From the NCBI GenBank assembly GCA_050250895.1, contig JBFWNU010000006.1:315710-379709 (forward strand): a DNA stretch of 64,000 nucleotides. The letters run 5' to 3'. The DNA comes from Vulcanimicrobiota bacterium. Its GTDB lineage: Bacteria > Vulcanimicrobiota > Xenobia > Xenobiales > JADMJV01. The position numbers were made by a program, and so were the translations under genes. Positions within the stretch are counted from its first letter, which is position 1. Each line of letters opens with the position of its first letter. Positions 1 through 9,344 of this stretch are shown here, piece by piece. The notes under the pieces were generated by a model. The model was not told the DNA's origin and ran no database searches. It saw only the letters and a program-made list of their open reading frames with translations.

Positions 1-1335
1 CGCCTGGCGCACCAGTCGCTTGGCCAGGGCTTTGTCGAGGGCCAGAGCCAGGGCGCCGGCGTCAGAGCCGGTGAAGGGGATGCCCATCAATTCGAGCAGC
101 GCCGGCACCTGGGCCTCGCGATTGCGACCCTGGATGCCTTCGGCGATGTTGAAGACCACATCCACCCCCTCGAGGCGGGCCGGCAGTTCGGGTCCCGCTT
201 CGAGGTCGATCGGTTCGTAGCCGTTAGCCCGGATCGCCTCGAGCAGCGCATGGATGGTGGTGGGCGAATCAAATTCGGCCTCGTGGTCCTGGTCTTCGGA
301 GACTTTACTCCGCTTGACGTTGTAGGTGAGTCCCACTCGGGTCGGCTGGGTCTTCGGTTGTTCCTTGATAATTTGCTGGCGATTGCATGCGCTTTTGACG
401 ATGCAGTCGAGCACCGAGCCCACGGTGGGCAGGCCCGCGGCGGCGGCGCACAGATAGATGGCCGCCCCGGGTTCGAGGCTGGGCAGAGCGTTGACCTCGA
501 TGAGAAAGGCTTCACCCCGCTCGTCGACCCGAAAGTCGACGCGGGCGAAATCTTTGACCTGCAACACCTCGACCGCCTTGCGGGTGGCCGCCACCAGTCT
601 CTTGCGGGTGGCCGGGCTGACCTCGGCGGGGCAGGCTACCTCGACGTCATCGGGGCGATGCTGTTTGAGTTCGTAGTCGTAGATCGAGTGCTTTCGGGCC
701 GGACCCTTGAAGACGTAATGGGCCGGCTCCAGCACTCCTTTCTTGCTCAGATAAGGCACCGTGACGTCCCGCCCGCGGATGAACTCTTCGACCAGCACGC
801 CCGAAGGGTATTCCTCGAGCATGGCCGTCACCACCGCCTCCAGGCGCTCGGGGGCTTCTACCACCGAATCCTGGGTGATACCCTTGGAGCTGCCTTCGAA
901 GTTAGGCTTGACGATGACCGGAAAAGTCAGGTCCAGGTCTTTGAGTTCGCTCCCCCGCGACACGAACTTCCAGCCGGGAACTTTGATGCCGCGCTCTTTG
1001 AGGGCCAGTTTGGTCAGGTGTTTGTCGAGGGTGAGGGTGCAAACGTAGGCGTCCGAGCCCGTGAAAGCCAACCCCAGTTGCTCGAGCAAGGCGGGATAGA
1101 AGCCCTCGCGAAAACGCCCTCGACTGCCCTCGGCCGTGTTAAAGACCAGGTCGGGGCGAAGCGCCTCGAGGCGGGCCACCAGCGAGGGCAGGCTGGTAGA
1201 GGCTTCCACCAGAGTGACCTTGTGGCCCAGTTCGCATAGGGCGGCTCGCACCGCTTCTACGGTCTCGGGCGTGTCGAATTCGGCTTGCTCGGGGGTGAGA
1301 CAGGTTTGCAGGTTATGAAGAAATGCGATTTTCAA
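1..1335 (-). CDS. Tandem D-Ala-D-Ala ligase-like (ATP-grasp x2) fusion protein, 3' end runs off the window
   Basis: Not in the ORF track because it has no stop in the window. Manual translation from TTG 1335: MKIAFLHNLQ..AEFDTPET..DLVFNTAEG..FTGSDA..LDKHLTK..VIVKPNFEGSSKGI..LVEEFIRG..RVDFR..IEVNALPSL. It continues in frame into a second copy: RVGLTYNVKR..AEFDSPTT..VVFNIAEG..PFTGSDA..LDKALAK. Confidence 0.85.
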   Translation of the reverse strand, partial: MKIAFLHNLQTCLTPEQAEFDTPETVEAVRAALCELGHKVTLVEASTSLPSLVARLEALRPDLVFNTAEGSRGRFREGFYPALLEQLGLAFTGSDAYVCTLTLDKHLTKLALKERGIKVPGWKFVSRGSELKDLDLTFPVIVKPNFEGSSKGITQDSVVEAPERLEAVVTAMLEEYPSGVLVEEFIRGRDVTVPYLSKKGVLEPAHYVFKGPARKHSIYDYELKQHRPDDVEVACPAEVSPATRKRLVAATRKAVEVLQVKDFARVDFRVDERGEAFLIEVNALPSLEPGAAIYLCAAAAGLPTVGSVLDCIVKSACNRQQIIKEQPKTQPTRVGLTYNVKRSKVSEDQDHEAEFDSPTTIHALLEAIRANGYEPIDLEAGPELPARLEGVDVVFNIAEGIQGRNREAQVPALLELMGIPFTGSDAGALALALDKALAKRLVRQA

Positions 1336-1446
1336 GATTCCAACCTAAAGTTTGGTGAGTACGGCCGGCATTCGCTGTTGGCCTAAAGCATTCCCTGTGC
1401 AATCGCCACAAAGGCAGAGGGTCGAAAATTGGCGAAGGAGGCCCCG

Positions 1447-2925
1447 ATGACCACCACAATGACTGCGGCTGAAATCATGCGCCCGGGTCATTTTGAACCC
1501 GAGCGCCATTTCTATCCCCGCGTGCTCAATGCCACTATTCATCCTATGGTGGCCTTCTTCATGCGGCTCTCTCCCGAGCGCCTGGTGAGCCGCTACTGCC
1601 ACCTCAATCCGCGCGTAGACCCCCGCGCCCTGCGCGAGATTCTCTCCTATCGGCCCCGCTATTTTCGCTGGGCCGGGGGCGACCTGTTCAACGTCACCAC
1701 GGCCGAAGGACAACAAGAGATGGTGCTCATCGAGACCAACTCTTGTCCTTCGGGTCAGAAGTCGATGCCTCTTCTGGCCGACCATCAGGAGATGGGTGGC
1801 TATCAGACCGTGGTCGAGTCGGTGCTGGCCCCGCTCTTTCGGAAGGCCAAGAAAGCCAGAGAGCTCAAGGGTGTGCTGGCCGTCATCTTCGACAAGAACC
1901 CCATGGGCAATTCGGGCTACGCCGCGGCCATGGCCGAGCACTTCAAAGAAAACGTCTACTTGACGCCGTTTCTCGCCAGCGACCCTGACCCCCCGGTGAG
2001 GGTCCGCGATCGCGCCCTCGAGGTTCGGGACCCGAGCGGGACCTGGTTGACCGTGCGGGCCGCTTTTCGCTACGTGACGCAGAAGCCGTGGGCGCGTATC
2101 CCTATCGACTGTAAGACGTTTCTGGTCAACCCCATCCAGGCCTGTCTGGCCGGCGGTCGCAACAAAGCGGTCGCCGCCATGGCCTATGAGCTGCTCAATA
2201 GCGAGCTGGCGGGCACCGGCCTCGAGGTGCGCACCCCCGAGACCATCCGCGACGTCACCAAAGGCGAGATCCCGATGCTGGTGCGCAAGATGGGCGGCCA
2301 CGCCGTGGTCAAGATCCCTTACAGCAATGCTGGTCAGGGCGTCTTTACCATCACCACCGAAGACGAACTCGATGCCTTCATGGCGGGCTCTTACGGCTAT
2401 GACCGCTTCATCGTGCAAAGCTTGATTGGCAACTATCTGTGGAGTTCGCAGGGCGCTCGCGGGCGGTTCTACCACGTAGGCATGCTGCCCAACAAAAACA
2501 ATCAGATCTACGTGGCCGACCTGCGCATGATGGTGGCCGCCGGCGAAGAGGGTTTCATGCCCCTGGCCGTTTATGGTCGACGGGCCCGTTCGGCCTTGCT
2601 CGACCGCCTGGATGGCTCGGTGAGTTCCTGGGATATGCTCGGCACCAACCTCTCCATCGCCAAAGGCGCCGACGCCTGGGATTCTGACACGGCCCGTCTG
2701 GTGCTGATGGACCGGCGCGACTTCAATACTTTGGGTCTGAGCCTCGATGACCTTCTCAAAGGTTATGTCCAGACCGTGTTGGGGGTGGTGGCCATCGACA
2801 AGATGGCCCGCAATCTCACCACTCAGAAGGGCCGCTTTCGCATGAAGCTGTATCAGAAGCTCAACAATGATCCCAAGCTAATGGACGAGATCTGGCAAGC
2901 CACACCCAACGAACCCGAACGATGA
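1447..2925 (+). CDS. Circularly permuted ATP-grasp ligase, uncharacterised
   Basis: GGDLF..VLIETNS (D..ExN) precedes [13 protein letters not shown] and FIVQSLI; AGGAG RBS upstream of ATG 1447. Confidence 0.65.
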   Translation: MTTTMTAAEIMRPGHFEPERHFYPRVLNATIHPMVAFFMRLSPERLVSRYCHLNPRVDPRALREILSYRPRYFRWAGGDLFNVTTAEGQQEMVLIETNSCPSGQKSMPLLADHQEMGGYQTVVESVLAPLFRKAKKARELKGVLAVIFDKNPMGNSGYAAAMAEHFKENVYLTPFLASDPDPPVRVRDRALEVRDPSGTWLTVRAAFRYVTQKPWARIPIDCKTFLVNPIQACLAGGRNKAVAAMAYELLNSELAGTGLEVRTPETIRDVTKGEIPMLVRKMGGHAVVKIPYSNAGQGVFTITTEDELDAFMAGSYGYDRFIVQSLIGNYLWSSQGARGRFYHVGMLPNKNNQIYVADLRMMVAAGEEGFMPLAVYGRRARSALLDRLDGSVSSWDMLGTNLSIAKGADAWDSDTARLVLMDRRDFNTLGLSLDDLLKGYVQTVLGVVAIDKMARNLTTQKGRFRMKLYQKLNNDPKLMDEIWQATPNEPER

Positions 2926-3884
2926 AGAAGATTCGCTACCAGGCCATCGAGATCGAGAACTATCCTCAGGGTCAACGGACCGATTTCTGGCGGGGCCTGT
3001 ATCAAGACGCCACCAGTTGCCCGGTCCGAGTGCCCTTTATCGTGGCCCGCGGAGCCCGCAACGGACCCGTGCTCGGCGTGACCGCCGCGGTGCATGGCAA
3101 CGAACTCAACGGCCTGCGCATCATTCAGCACCTGCTCGAAGAAGTCGACCTGGCTCGGCTGGCCGGCAGTCTGGTGTGCGTGCCGGTGGTCAACGTGCCC
3201 AGCTACAACGCCGGCACCCGGCTGTTTCCCGATGGCCTCGACCTAAACCATGTCTTTCCCGGCAAGTCGGAGGGCAGGCCGGCCGAACAGTACGCCCGGG
3301 CTTTTAGCGAGACGCTGCTGCCCTGTCTCGACTATCTGGTCGACCTGCACACCGCCAGCGACGGCCGGGTGAATACGATGTACGTGCGGGTCGACATGAA
3401 GGTCGAGGTGGCCCACCAGATGGCCGTAGACTTCAATCCCCAGATCATTTTGCACGGACGTTCGGGCGACGGCACCTTGCGCAGCGCGGCTCGCCGCCAT
3501 GACATCCCGGCGGTCACCGTCGAAGCCGGCAATCCCAGCGTCATTCAGGGCCGCATGGTGTTTGAAGGCGAGACCGGAATTCGCAACATCATGATGGGCC
3601 TGGGCATGCTCGAAGGCAAGCCCAGCATCACCCGTGAGCCGGTGGTGTGCGAAGCCTCGCGCTGGTTGCGCACCACCAGCGGAGGCTTGCTCGAGACCCG
3701 CTTCAAACTGTTGGAGCGCGTAGTGAAGAGGCAGGTGTTGGCCGTGACCCGCGACCCCTTCGGCAAGATTCTGAAGGAATATCGTTGCCCGGCCGACGGC
3801 GTAGTCATCGGTATGGCGGCCAATCCGGCCGCCGCCTCGGGCACGCGCTATTGCCATCTGGGCACCATCGGCGAGGGGCTGTGA
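2922..3884 (+). CDS. Succinylglutamate desuccinylase/aspartoacylase (M14 Zn-carboxypeptidase family)
   Basis: [29 protein letters not shown] motifs; C-terminal biotinyl-like domain; ATGA overlap with the upstream gene. Confidence 0.9.
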   Translation: MKKIRYQAIEIENYPQGQRTDFWRGLYQDATSCPVRVPFIVARGARNGPVLGVTAAVHGNELNGLRIIQHLLEEVDLARLAGSLVCVPVVNVPSYNAGTRLFPDGLDLNHVFPGKSEGRPAEQYARAFSETLLPCLDYLVDLHTASDGRVNTMYVRVDMKVEVAHQMAVDFNPQIILHGRSGDGTLRSAARRHDIPAVTVEAGNPSVIQGRMVFEGETGIRNIMMGLGMLEGKPSITREPVVCEASRWLRTTSGGLLETRFKLLERVVKRQVLAVTRDPFGKILKEYRCPADGVVIGMAANPAAASGTRYCHLGTIGEGL

Positions 3885-4711
3885 AGATCTGGCTGTATTC
3901 GCACCTGGTGGATTCGCCAGGCAATCGATTGTTTTTCGACGAGGCCACCCGCCGGGGTCATGAAGTGGTCGAGGTTCGACCGGACCTCACCCACTGGCCT
4001 TTGAGCGGCTCGACCGAAGAGCGTCCCGACCTGGTTTTCACCCGCTCGGGAAGCTCGTCGCCCGCCAACGCTTTGCCGGGTCTCATCACCCTCGAGCAGG
4101 CCGGCCTCTTGTGCATCAATTCCAGTCAGAGTCTGCTCTTTAGTCGTGACAAAGCCATCAGCTACAGTCTGTTGGCCAGGGCCGGGGTGCCGGTGCCGCG
4201 CTCTGTCTATCTGGGCCGGGGTCCGGTGGGGGAGGCGGCCGCCCAGATTCCTGGCCCCCCCTGGATCGTGAAGCTGCCGGTAAGCACCAAAGGGCAGGGG
4301 ATCGTGTTGGTCGAGAGCATGCGCAGTCTACGCTCGCTGGTGGATACTCTGCACGCCCTGGACCAGACCATGATTTTGCAAGAGTTCGTAGCCTCGGCCG
4401 CCGGTTGCGATACTCGGGTGCTGGTGCTGGGCGGGCAGGCGGTGGTGGCGGCCAAACGCCAGGCCGGCCAGGGCGACGAGTTTCGCTCGAACCTCTTTCT
4501 GGGAGGGCAGGCCACCGGTCTCGAGCTGAGTTCGCAGTGGCGCCTGGTGGCCGAGAAAGCGGCCGAGACCCTAGGGCTCGAGGTGGCCGGCGTCGATCTC
4601 CTGGAGGGTCCGGCCGGCCCGCTGGTGGTGGAAGTCAACGGCTCACCCGGCATGACGGCAGCTTCGGACATCGCGCCCAGGATCGTCAGCTATCTCGAAG
4701 GTCGTTGCTAG
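3881..4711 (+). CDS. RimK/LysX-family alpha-L-glutamate ligase (ATP-grasp)
   Basis: SRDKA, IVKLPVSTKGQGI, ILQEFV, DTRVLVLGG, FRSNLFLGG, AGVDLL, VEVNGSPG; GTG start at 3881 overlaps the upstream TGA. Confidence 0.88.
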   Translation: MKIWLYSHLVDSPGNRLFFDEATRRGHEVVEVRPDLTHWPLSGSTEERPDLVFTRSGSSSPANALPGLITLEQAGLLCINSSQSLLFSRDKAISYSLLARAGVPVPRSVYLGRGPVGEAAAQIPGPPWIVKLPVSTKGQGIVLVESMRSLRSLVDTLHALDQTMILQEFVASAAGCDTRVLVLGGQAVVAAKRQAGQGDEFRSNLFLGGQATGLELSSQWRLVAEKAAETLGLEVAGVDLLEGPAGPLVVEVNGSPGMTAASDIAPRIVSYLEGRC

Positions 4712-4788
4712 GGGCTGGCTCGGTCGGAGCTACCGGAGATTGTCTCTTCATGCCAGGATGAGCGCGGGGGGCCGGGGAACACAGCGGG

Positions 4789-5832
4789 GTGAAAATCGGG
4801 TTCATGATCACCGATTTTGGAGTCAAAAAGGCGGTCCACACGACCGTCCGCATGGCTCGCGAGGCTAGCGCTCGCGGCCACGATGTCTGGTTTTTTGGAC
4901 CCGGTGATTTTGCCTACCGGTCCGATGATACCCTCTGGATGCACGCCCGCCGCGCCCCTCGAGAGAACTACAAGTCGAATACCACTTACCTCTCCGACTT
5001 GACTACTGCCCCCACCGAAGCCAACATCTGTGCGGCCGAACTCGACGTTGTCTTCTTGCGCGACAACCCGGCCAAATACAGCAAGGAGCAGAGTTGGGCC
5101 CGGCCCACCGGCACCACTTTCGGGCGAGCGGCTGTGCGCGAAGGGGCCGTGGTGCTCAACGACCCCGATGGCCTCATGCAGGCCAACAACAAGATGTATT
5201 TTCAGTTCTTTCCCGAGCAGGTTCGCCCCCGGACGCTGATCACCCGGGATCGAGAAGAGATCCGCGGCTTCGCCAAGGACCTTGAAGGCGACCTGATCCT
5301 CAAGCCGTTGCAGGGGTCGGGCGGGGAAGGCGTCTTTATCGTCAAGAAGGACGGCCACTACAACCTGAACCAGCTGGTCGACGCCTTGATCAAGGATGGC
5401 TATGTCATTGCCCAAGAGTACCTGGTGGCGGCCGAGAAGGGCGACACCAGGCTGTTTATGATGAACGGGCGCCCGCTGCGGGTGAAGGGCCGTTATGCCG
5501 CCTTTCAGCGGGTGCGCCAGGGCGACGATATTCGCAGCAACATGCACGCCGGGGGCACGGTGGAGAAGGCCGAGGTGACTCCGGTCATGCTGGACATCTG
5601 CGAGATGGTGCGGCCAAAACTGGTCAAAGACGGTATGTTCCTGGTTGGCCTCGACATCGTGGGTGACAAGCTGATGGAGATCAACGTCTTTTGCCCGGGC
5701 GGCCTGGCTGGCATGGAGAAACTCGAGGGGGTCAACTTTTCGGCGGCAGTGATCGAGGCCCTAGAACGCAAGGCGCGCTATGCCGCCTACTATAATCGAG
5801 CCTTCGACAACGCTTCGATGGCCACGTTATGA
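4789..5832 (+). CDS. gshB: Glutathione synthetase-like ATP-grasp ligase
   Basis: DVVFLRDNP, LKPLQGSGGEGVF, AQEYL, GDTRLF, IRSNMHAGG, VGLDIVGDKLMEINVFCPGG. Confidence 0.8.
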   Translation: MKIGFMITDFGVKKAVHTTVRMAREASARGHDVWFFGPGDFAYRSDDTLWMHARRAPRENYKSNTTYLSDLTTAPTEANICAAELDVVFLRDNPAKYSKEQSWARPTGTTFGRAAVREGAVVLNDPDGLMQANNKMYFQFFPEQVRPRTLITRDREEIRGFAKDLEGDLILKPLQGSGGEGVFIVKKDGHYNLNQLVDALIKDGYVIAQEYLVAAEKGDTRLFMMNGRPLRVKGRYAAFQRVRQGDDIRSNMHAGGTVEKAEVTPVMLDICEMVRPKLVKDGMFLVGLDIVGDKLMEINVFCPGGLAGMEKLEGVNFSAAVIEALERKARYAAYYNRAFDNASMATL

Positions 5833-6350
5833 GGCTTCGCTGGCTGCTGCTGGCGCTGTTGCTGCTGCCGGCCTGGGCCCTCGACGATCAGCAGAAAGCT
5901 CTGCTGGCCGGAGCCCGCAGTTGTCTGGGGGACGTCTATGACTCTGGTTACTACACCGGGGGGCCGCCACCCAAGGGCCGCGGGGCATGTCCCGAGGTGG
6001 TCTACTACGCCTATCTGAAGATTGGTGTCGACCTGCAGGCAGAGGTCGACCGCGACCTGCGCGCCAACCCCTCGCTCTATCCCAGTCGTCGCGACCGCAA
6101 CATCGACTACCGCTGGTGTCCCAACTTGATAGTCTGGTTCTCGCGCCATACCAAGACGCTGCCGCGCGATAGCGATTGGCGGGCCGGAGATGTGGTGTTC
6201 TTCAATCTGTTGGGCGATGGGGTAGCCGATCACATCGGCATCGTCTCGGACAAACCGGGCCACGTCATCCATAACCTGGGCCCTCGCTGCGTCGAGGACC
6301 GGGCGCTCGAGCGATTGCGGATCGTCGGGCACTTCAGAATGCCTCGCTAA
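5829..6350 (+). CDS. DUF1287 (YijF-like) exported protein, NlpC/P60-like fold
   Basis: Signal peptide; YDSGYY, GACPEVV, DRNIDYR, GDVVFF, HIGIVSD, VIHNLG. Confidence 0.8.
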   Translation: MRLRWLLLALLLLPAWALDDQQKALLAGARSCLGDVYDSGYYTGGPPPKGRGACPEVVYYAYLKIGVDLQAEVDRDLRANPSLYPSRRDRNIDYRWCPNLIVWFSRHTKTLPRDSDWRAGDVVFFNLLGDGVADHIGIVSDKPGHVIHNLGPRCVEDRALERLRIVGHFRMPR

Positions 6351-8196
6351 GCACCAGCGCCGGCAGACTAATGCCGCTACGCAACAACTCCAGGCGTTCT
6401 TGGGCCTGAGGCTCCGAGAGCACGCGGGGCTTGAGGGGAGCTCTCACCAGCACCCTGCGCCACTGGAGTTCTTTGATGAGGGGAATGTGGTGGCGCGCGA
6501 TCTTGCCCACGAATAGCGGCTCGAGGTCTCCTCCTTTGCGCAAGAAGTCGAGTAAAGAGACCAGTCCGCGCAGGTAGATGGCATCCTTGGTCAGGCCTCC
6601 GCCTCGATAGACGCGAGTGACGATGTCGAACAGGCCGGCGGCCGGAAGGGTATATTGGTCGCGCAAGCGATTGAAGGTCTCGCTGAAGGTCGCTCCGGAT
6701 AACAGCAGATCGACGGCCAGCACCCGCACCGCCAGCAGCCGGATACGCGGGCGGCTCAAAGGTCCTGAGAGAAATTCCGACAGCACGGCGATGCCCTCTT
6801 GAAAGGCCAGATAATCAGCCAGCCCCAGCGCCAGTTGCCGCAGCGGCTGAGCCCGGCCGTTGTAGTAGGTGAGCAGATGAGTGCCCACCTCGTGGTGTAG
6901 TAACGGCTGAACGCGCGAGGCCGCGACCTGGGCCCGACTGCCGATCAACAGATGGCCACGGTCGCAGAGGATGCCGTTACCCAGGTCTTCGCGCACTTCG
7001 ACCCGGGGGGTGAAGCCTTCCCACTGTTGGCGGTAACATTCGATCTCGTCGCGCGCCAACTGGGCGAACTCTTCGGCCTCGACCAGCTTGGGATCGGCTT
7101 CGCGGGCCCGCTGGGGCAGCACCTCGAGCACCTGGCGGGCCACCGCTCTGAGCTCGTCGTCGACCTTGCCATAGAGCGAGAGCGAGCCATAGAGGAAGTG
7201 CGGGGTGCGGCGCCGACCCAGCATGGTGATCTTGGTGTCGAGTTGATGCTGCTTTTCTAGAAAAAGGCGTGCCAAGGTCGGTTCCTCCACCCGGTCGACC
7301 GGCACCGCAAAGAGTTGGCGCTTGAGCTGAGTGGGATCGTGCGGAAAGGGACGATAGAGGAATTCAGGGTCCTGGTTATAGCCTGCCTTCTTGAAGCGCA
7401 GCCAGGCTTGATGGGTGTTGATGGGAGTGGCCTGGAGCAGGAACGAGAACGAGTTCGAAACGTCCTCGAGAGCCTGGTCCACCTGCCAAACCATCTTGAC
7501 CATGGCCCGCGGGCCCAGCGTCTGGTAATTGGGGGGAGCCAGCGGAGTCGAGGTCGTGACGAACTCATACAGGGTTTGGCGCAGCACTCGGCCCAGCTTG
7601 CGGCGCAAGCTGCGCAAGATGATGGGATAGGGTTTTCCGGCGGTGGATTGATAGAAGGGCGAGATCTCGAGTCCCAGACGCAGACAGTGATTCTCTTCGC
7701 ACCATTGGCGCCCTAGAATCCGGGGGCGGTCGCTGGGCCACGGTTTCTGGTCGGTCTGAGTCACGATGGCGGGCACCGCCACTTTGAGTCGGCGCAATCG
7801 TCCGCTCATGGTTTCAGCCAGGCGCTCGACGGTGGGGTGGCCGCCCGTGTGGATGGTGAATTGTGCAATGGTGTAAGGCTCGAGCAAAGGCGGTCCTGCC
7901 CACAGCTCGAGCAGAAGGAAGGCTCCGAAGGCGGGCTGCTGAGCGCTGACCACCGTCTCGACCAGGGGACGTGCATCTTCCCCCGGACCGACCTCGAGGC
8001 AGGAGGCTTCACTGGTCAAGAGAGCGCGGGTTCCCTCATCGGGTAGGGTGGGGGCTCGATATAAGCAGAGAAAGGGCAGCCGGCGGTCGACCTTGAGCCG
8101 AGTCTTTTCGCCCCAGCGAATGCGAAGAGTCTCGCCTGTGCGTAGCTCCTGGACGAGTTCTTCCAGGTCGATGGTGGTTTTCTCGCTGTGACTCAA
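6334..8196 (-). CDS. DUF1704 QEGLA-motif metallopeptidase (flavohemoglobin expression-modulating / MATCAP-like carboxypeptidase)
   Basis: HHEVGTH Zn motif, FQEGIAV, RVYRGGGLTKDAIYLRG, LFVGKI; start uncertain (TTG 8196 or 8277). Confidence 0.85.
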   Translation of the reverse strand: MSHSEKTTIDLEELVQELRTGETLRIRWGEKTRLKVDRRLPFLCLYRAPTLPDEGTRALLTSEASCLEVGPGEDARPLVETVVSAQQPAFGAFLLLELWAGPPLLEPYTIAQFTIHTGGHPTVERLAETMSGRLRRLKVAVPAIVTQTDQKPWPSDRPRILGRQWCEENHCLRLGLEISPFYQSTAGKPYPIILRSLRRKLGRVLRQTLYEFVTTSTPLAPPNYQTLGPRAMVKMVWQVDQALEDVSNSFSFLLQATPINTHQAWLRFKKAGYNQDPEFLYRPFPHDPTQLKRQLFAVPVDRVEEPTLARLFLEKQHQLDTKITMLGRRRTPHFLYGSLSLYGKVDDELRAVARQVLEVLPQRAREADPKLVEAEEFAQLARDEIECYRQQWEGFTPRVEVREDLGNGILCDRGHLLIGSRAQVAASRVQPLLHHEVGTHLLTYYNGRAQPLRQLALGLADYLAFQEGIAVLSEFLSGPLSRPRIRLLAVRVLAVDLLLSGATFSETFNRLRDQYTLPAAGLFDIVTRVYRGGGLTKDAIYLRGLVSLLDFLRKGGDLEPLFVGKIARHHIPLIKELQWRRVLVRAPLKPRVLSEPQAQERLELLRSGISLPALVLSEAF

Positions 8197-8279
8197 GGCT
8201 CGACCCTTGGTCGCGGTCCGAGCAAACTCCTGGCCGGAGGGGGGCAGGGCAGCCGGGTCTGGCGCGGAACTTGCCAAAG

Positions 8280-9344
8280 ATGGTCAGGACGTGGCTCGAC
8301 CAGCTGTTGCTCGGTCGGCTCTCCGATGGGCAGCGGTGGGTCTGGATCGGGGTGCTGCTGTTACTCATCTTGAGCGCGCCGCTGCTGGATCTGCTCGGGG
8401 ACCCTCACTTTCACCTGAATCTCTATCCCTTGCCCATTATCCTGGCGGTCTTTCTCTTTCGCGAGCGAGGACTGTTAATGGTGGGCGTGATGATGGGAGT
8501 CTACAGCCTGGTGCAGTTTCACCGCTCTACCGGCTCGGCGGCGATGATGGTCAATAACTTTTTCGAGTTGCTCGTGCTCTCTCTGGTGGGCGTGGTTTGT
8601 CACGGCCTGGTCAAGAGCTATCGTCGCCTCTACCGGCGTGAAAGCGAGCTAGCGGCGGCCCGCCAGGAAGTCTTGATGACCCTGACCCACGAGCTGCGAA
8701 GCCCGCTCTTTGCGGCTCAGGGCACTATTGAGTCGCTATTGCGCGGTTTCGAGCGGATGAGTCCTGAACAGTTGCGCCAACAATTGCAGGCGGCCGGAGT
8801 GGCCATCACCCTGGTCAACCGCGAGGTCGAGGGCATCACCCAGCTGTTTCGGGTCGAATCGGGCAAGCTCAGGGTCCACCCCCAACCCTTGCAGCTCGAG
8901 GAGGTGTTCGAGGGCGTGCGGTCGCGTCATCCGGAGGTCTCTCATCCGGCCCACCGGTTGGTGTTCGCGGGCGGAGAACTCCAACTACGGGCCGACCGTC
9001 TACTGTTGACCCAGGCTCTCGACAACCTGGTTACCAACGCTTTTCGCCACGCTCCCGGCGGGCGGGTCGAGGTGGCGGCGACGGTGACCGAGCAGAAAGT
9101 GATCATCGTGATCCAGGATGAAGGGCCCGGGATCGCCAACAAAGACCGGCAGCGAATCTTCGAGAGATACGAGCGGGGTGAGGGCGAAACGCCCGGATTC
9201 GGCATCGGCCTCTATTTGGCCCGGGAGTATCTCTGCGCTCAGGGTGGCGAGCTGACTCTTGAATCGAGCCCTCGCGGAGCCCGATTCGTGGCCAGCCTAC
9301 CTCTGGAGGAGTTGCATGGGGATCATCCGAGTGGTGATAGCTGA
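8280..9344 (+). CDS. Membrane sensor histidine kinase (HisKA + HATPase)
   Basis: About 4 TM segments; THELRSPL H-box, NLVTNAFRH, DEGPGI, IFERY, GFGIGL. Confidence 0.92.
   Translation: MVRTWLDQLLLGRLSDGQRWVWIGVLLLLILSAPLLDLLGDPHFHLNLYPLPIILAVFLFRERGLLMVGVMMGVYSLVQFHRSTGSAAMMVNNFFELLVLSLVGVVCHGLVKSYRRLYRRESELAAARQEVLMTLTHELRSPLFAAQGTIESLLRGFERMSPEQLRQQLQAAGVAITLVNREVEGITQLFRVESGKLRVHPQPLQLEEVFEGVRSRHPEVSHPAHRLVFAGGELQLRADRLLLTQALDNLVTNAFRHAPGGRVEVAATVTEQKVIIVIQDEGPGIANKDRQRIFERYERGEGETPGFGIGLYLAREYLCAQGGELTLESSPRGARFVASLPLEELHGDHPSGDS

Noticed and set aside
250-1239. 329-aa plus-strand ORF
   Set aside because: Antisense shadow of the Ddl-like gene, with no recognisable motifs. The same applies to most long overlapping ORFs in this GC-rich window.
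1345-1410. Two CTAAAG sequences as sigma28 promoters
   Set aside because: The -10 GCCGATAA match and the spacing are poor.
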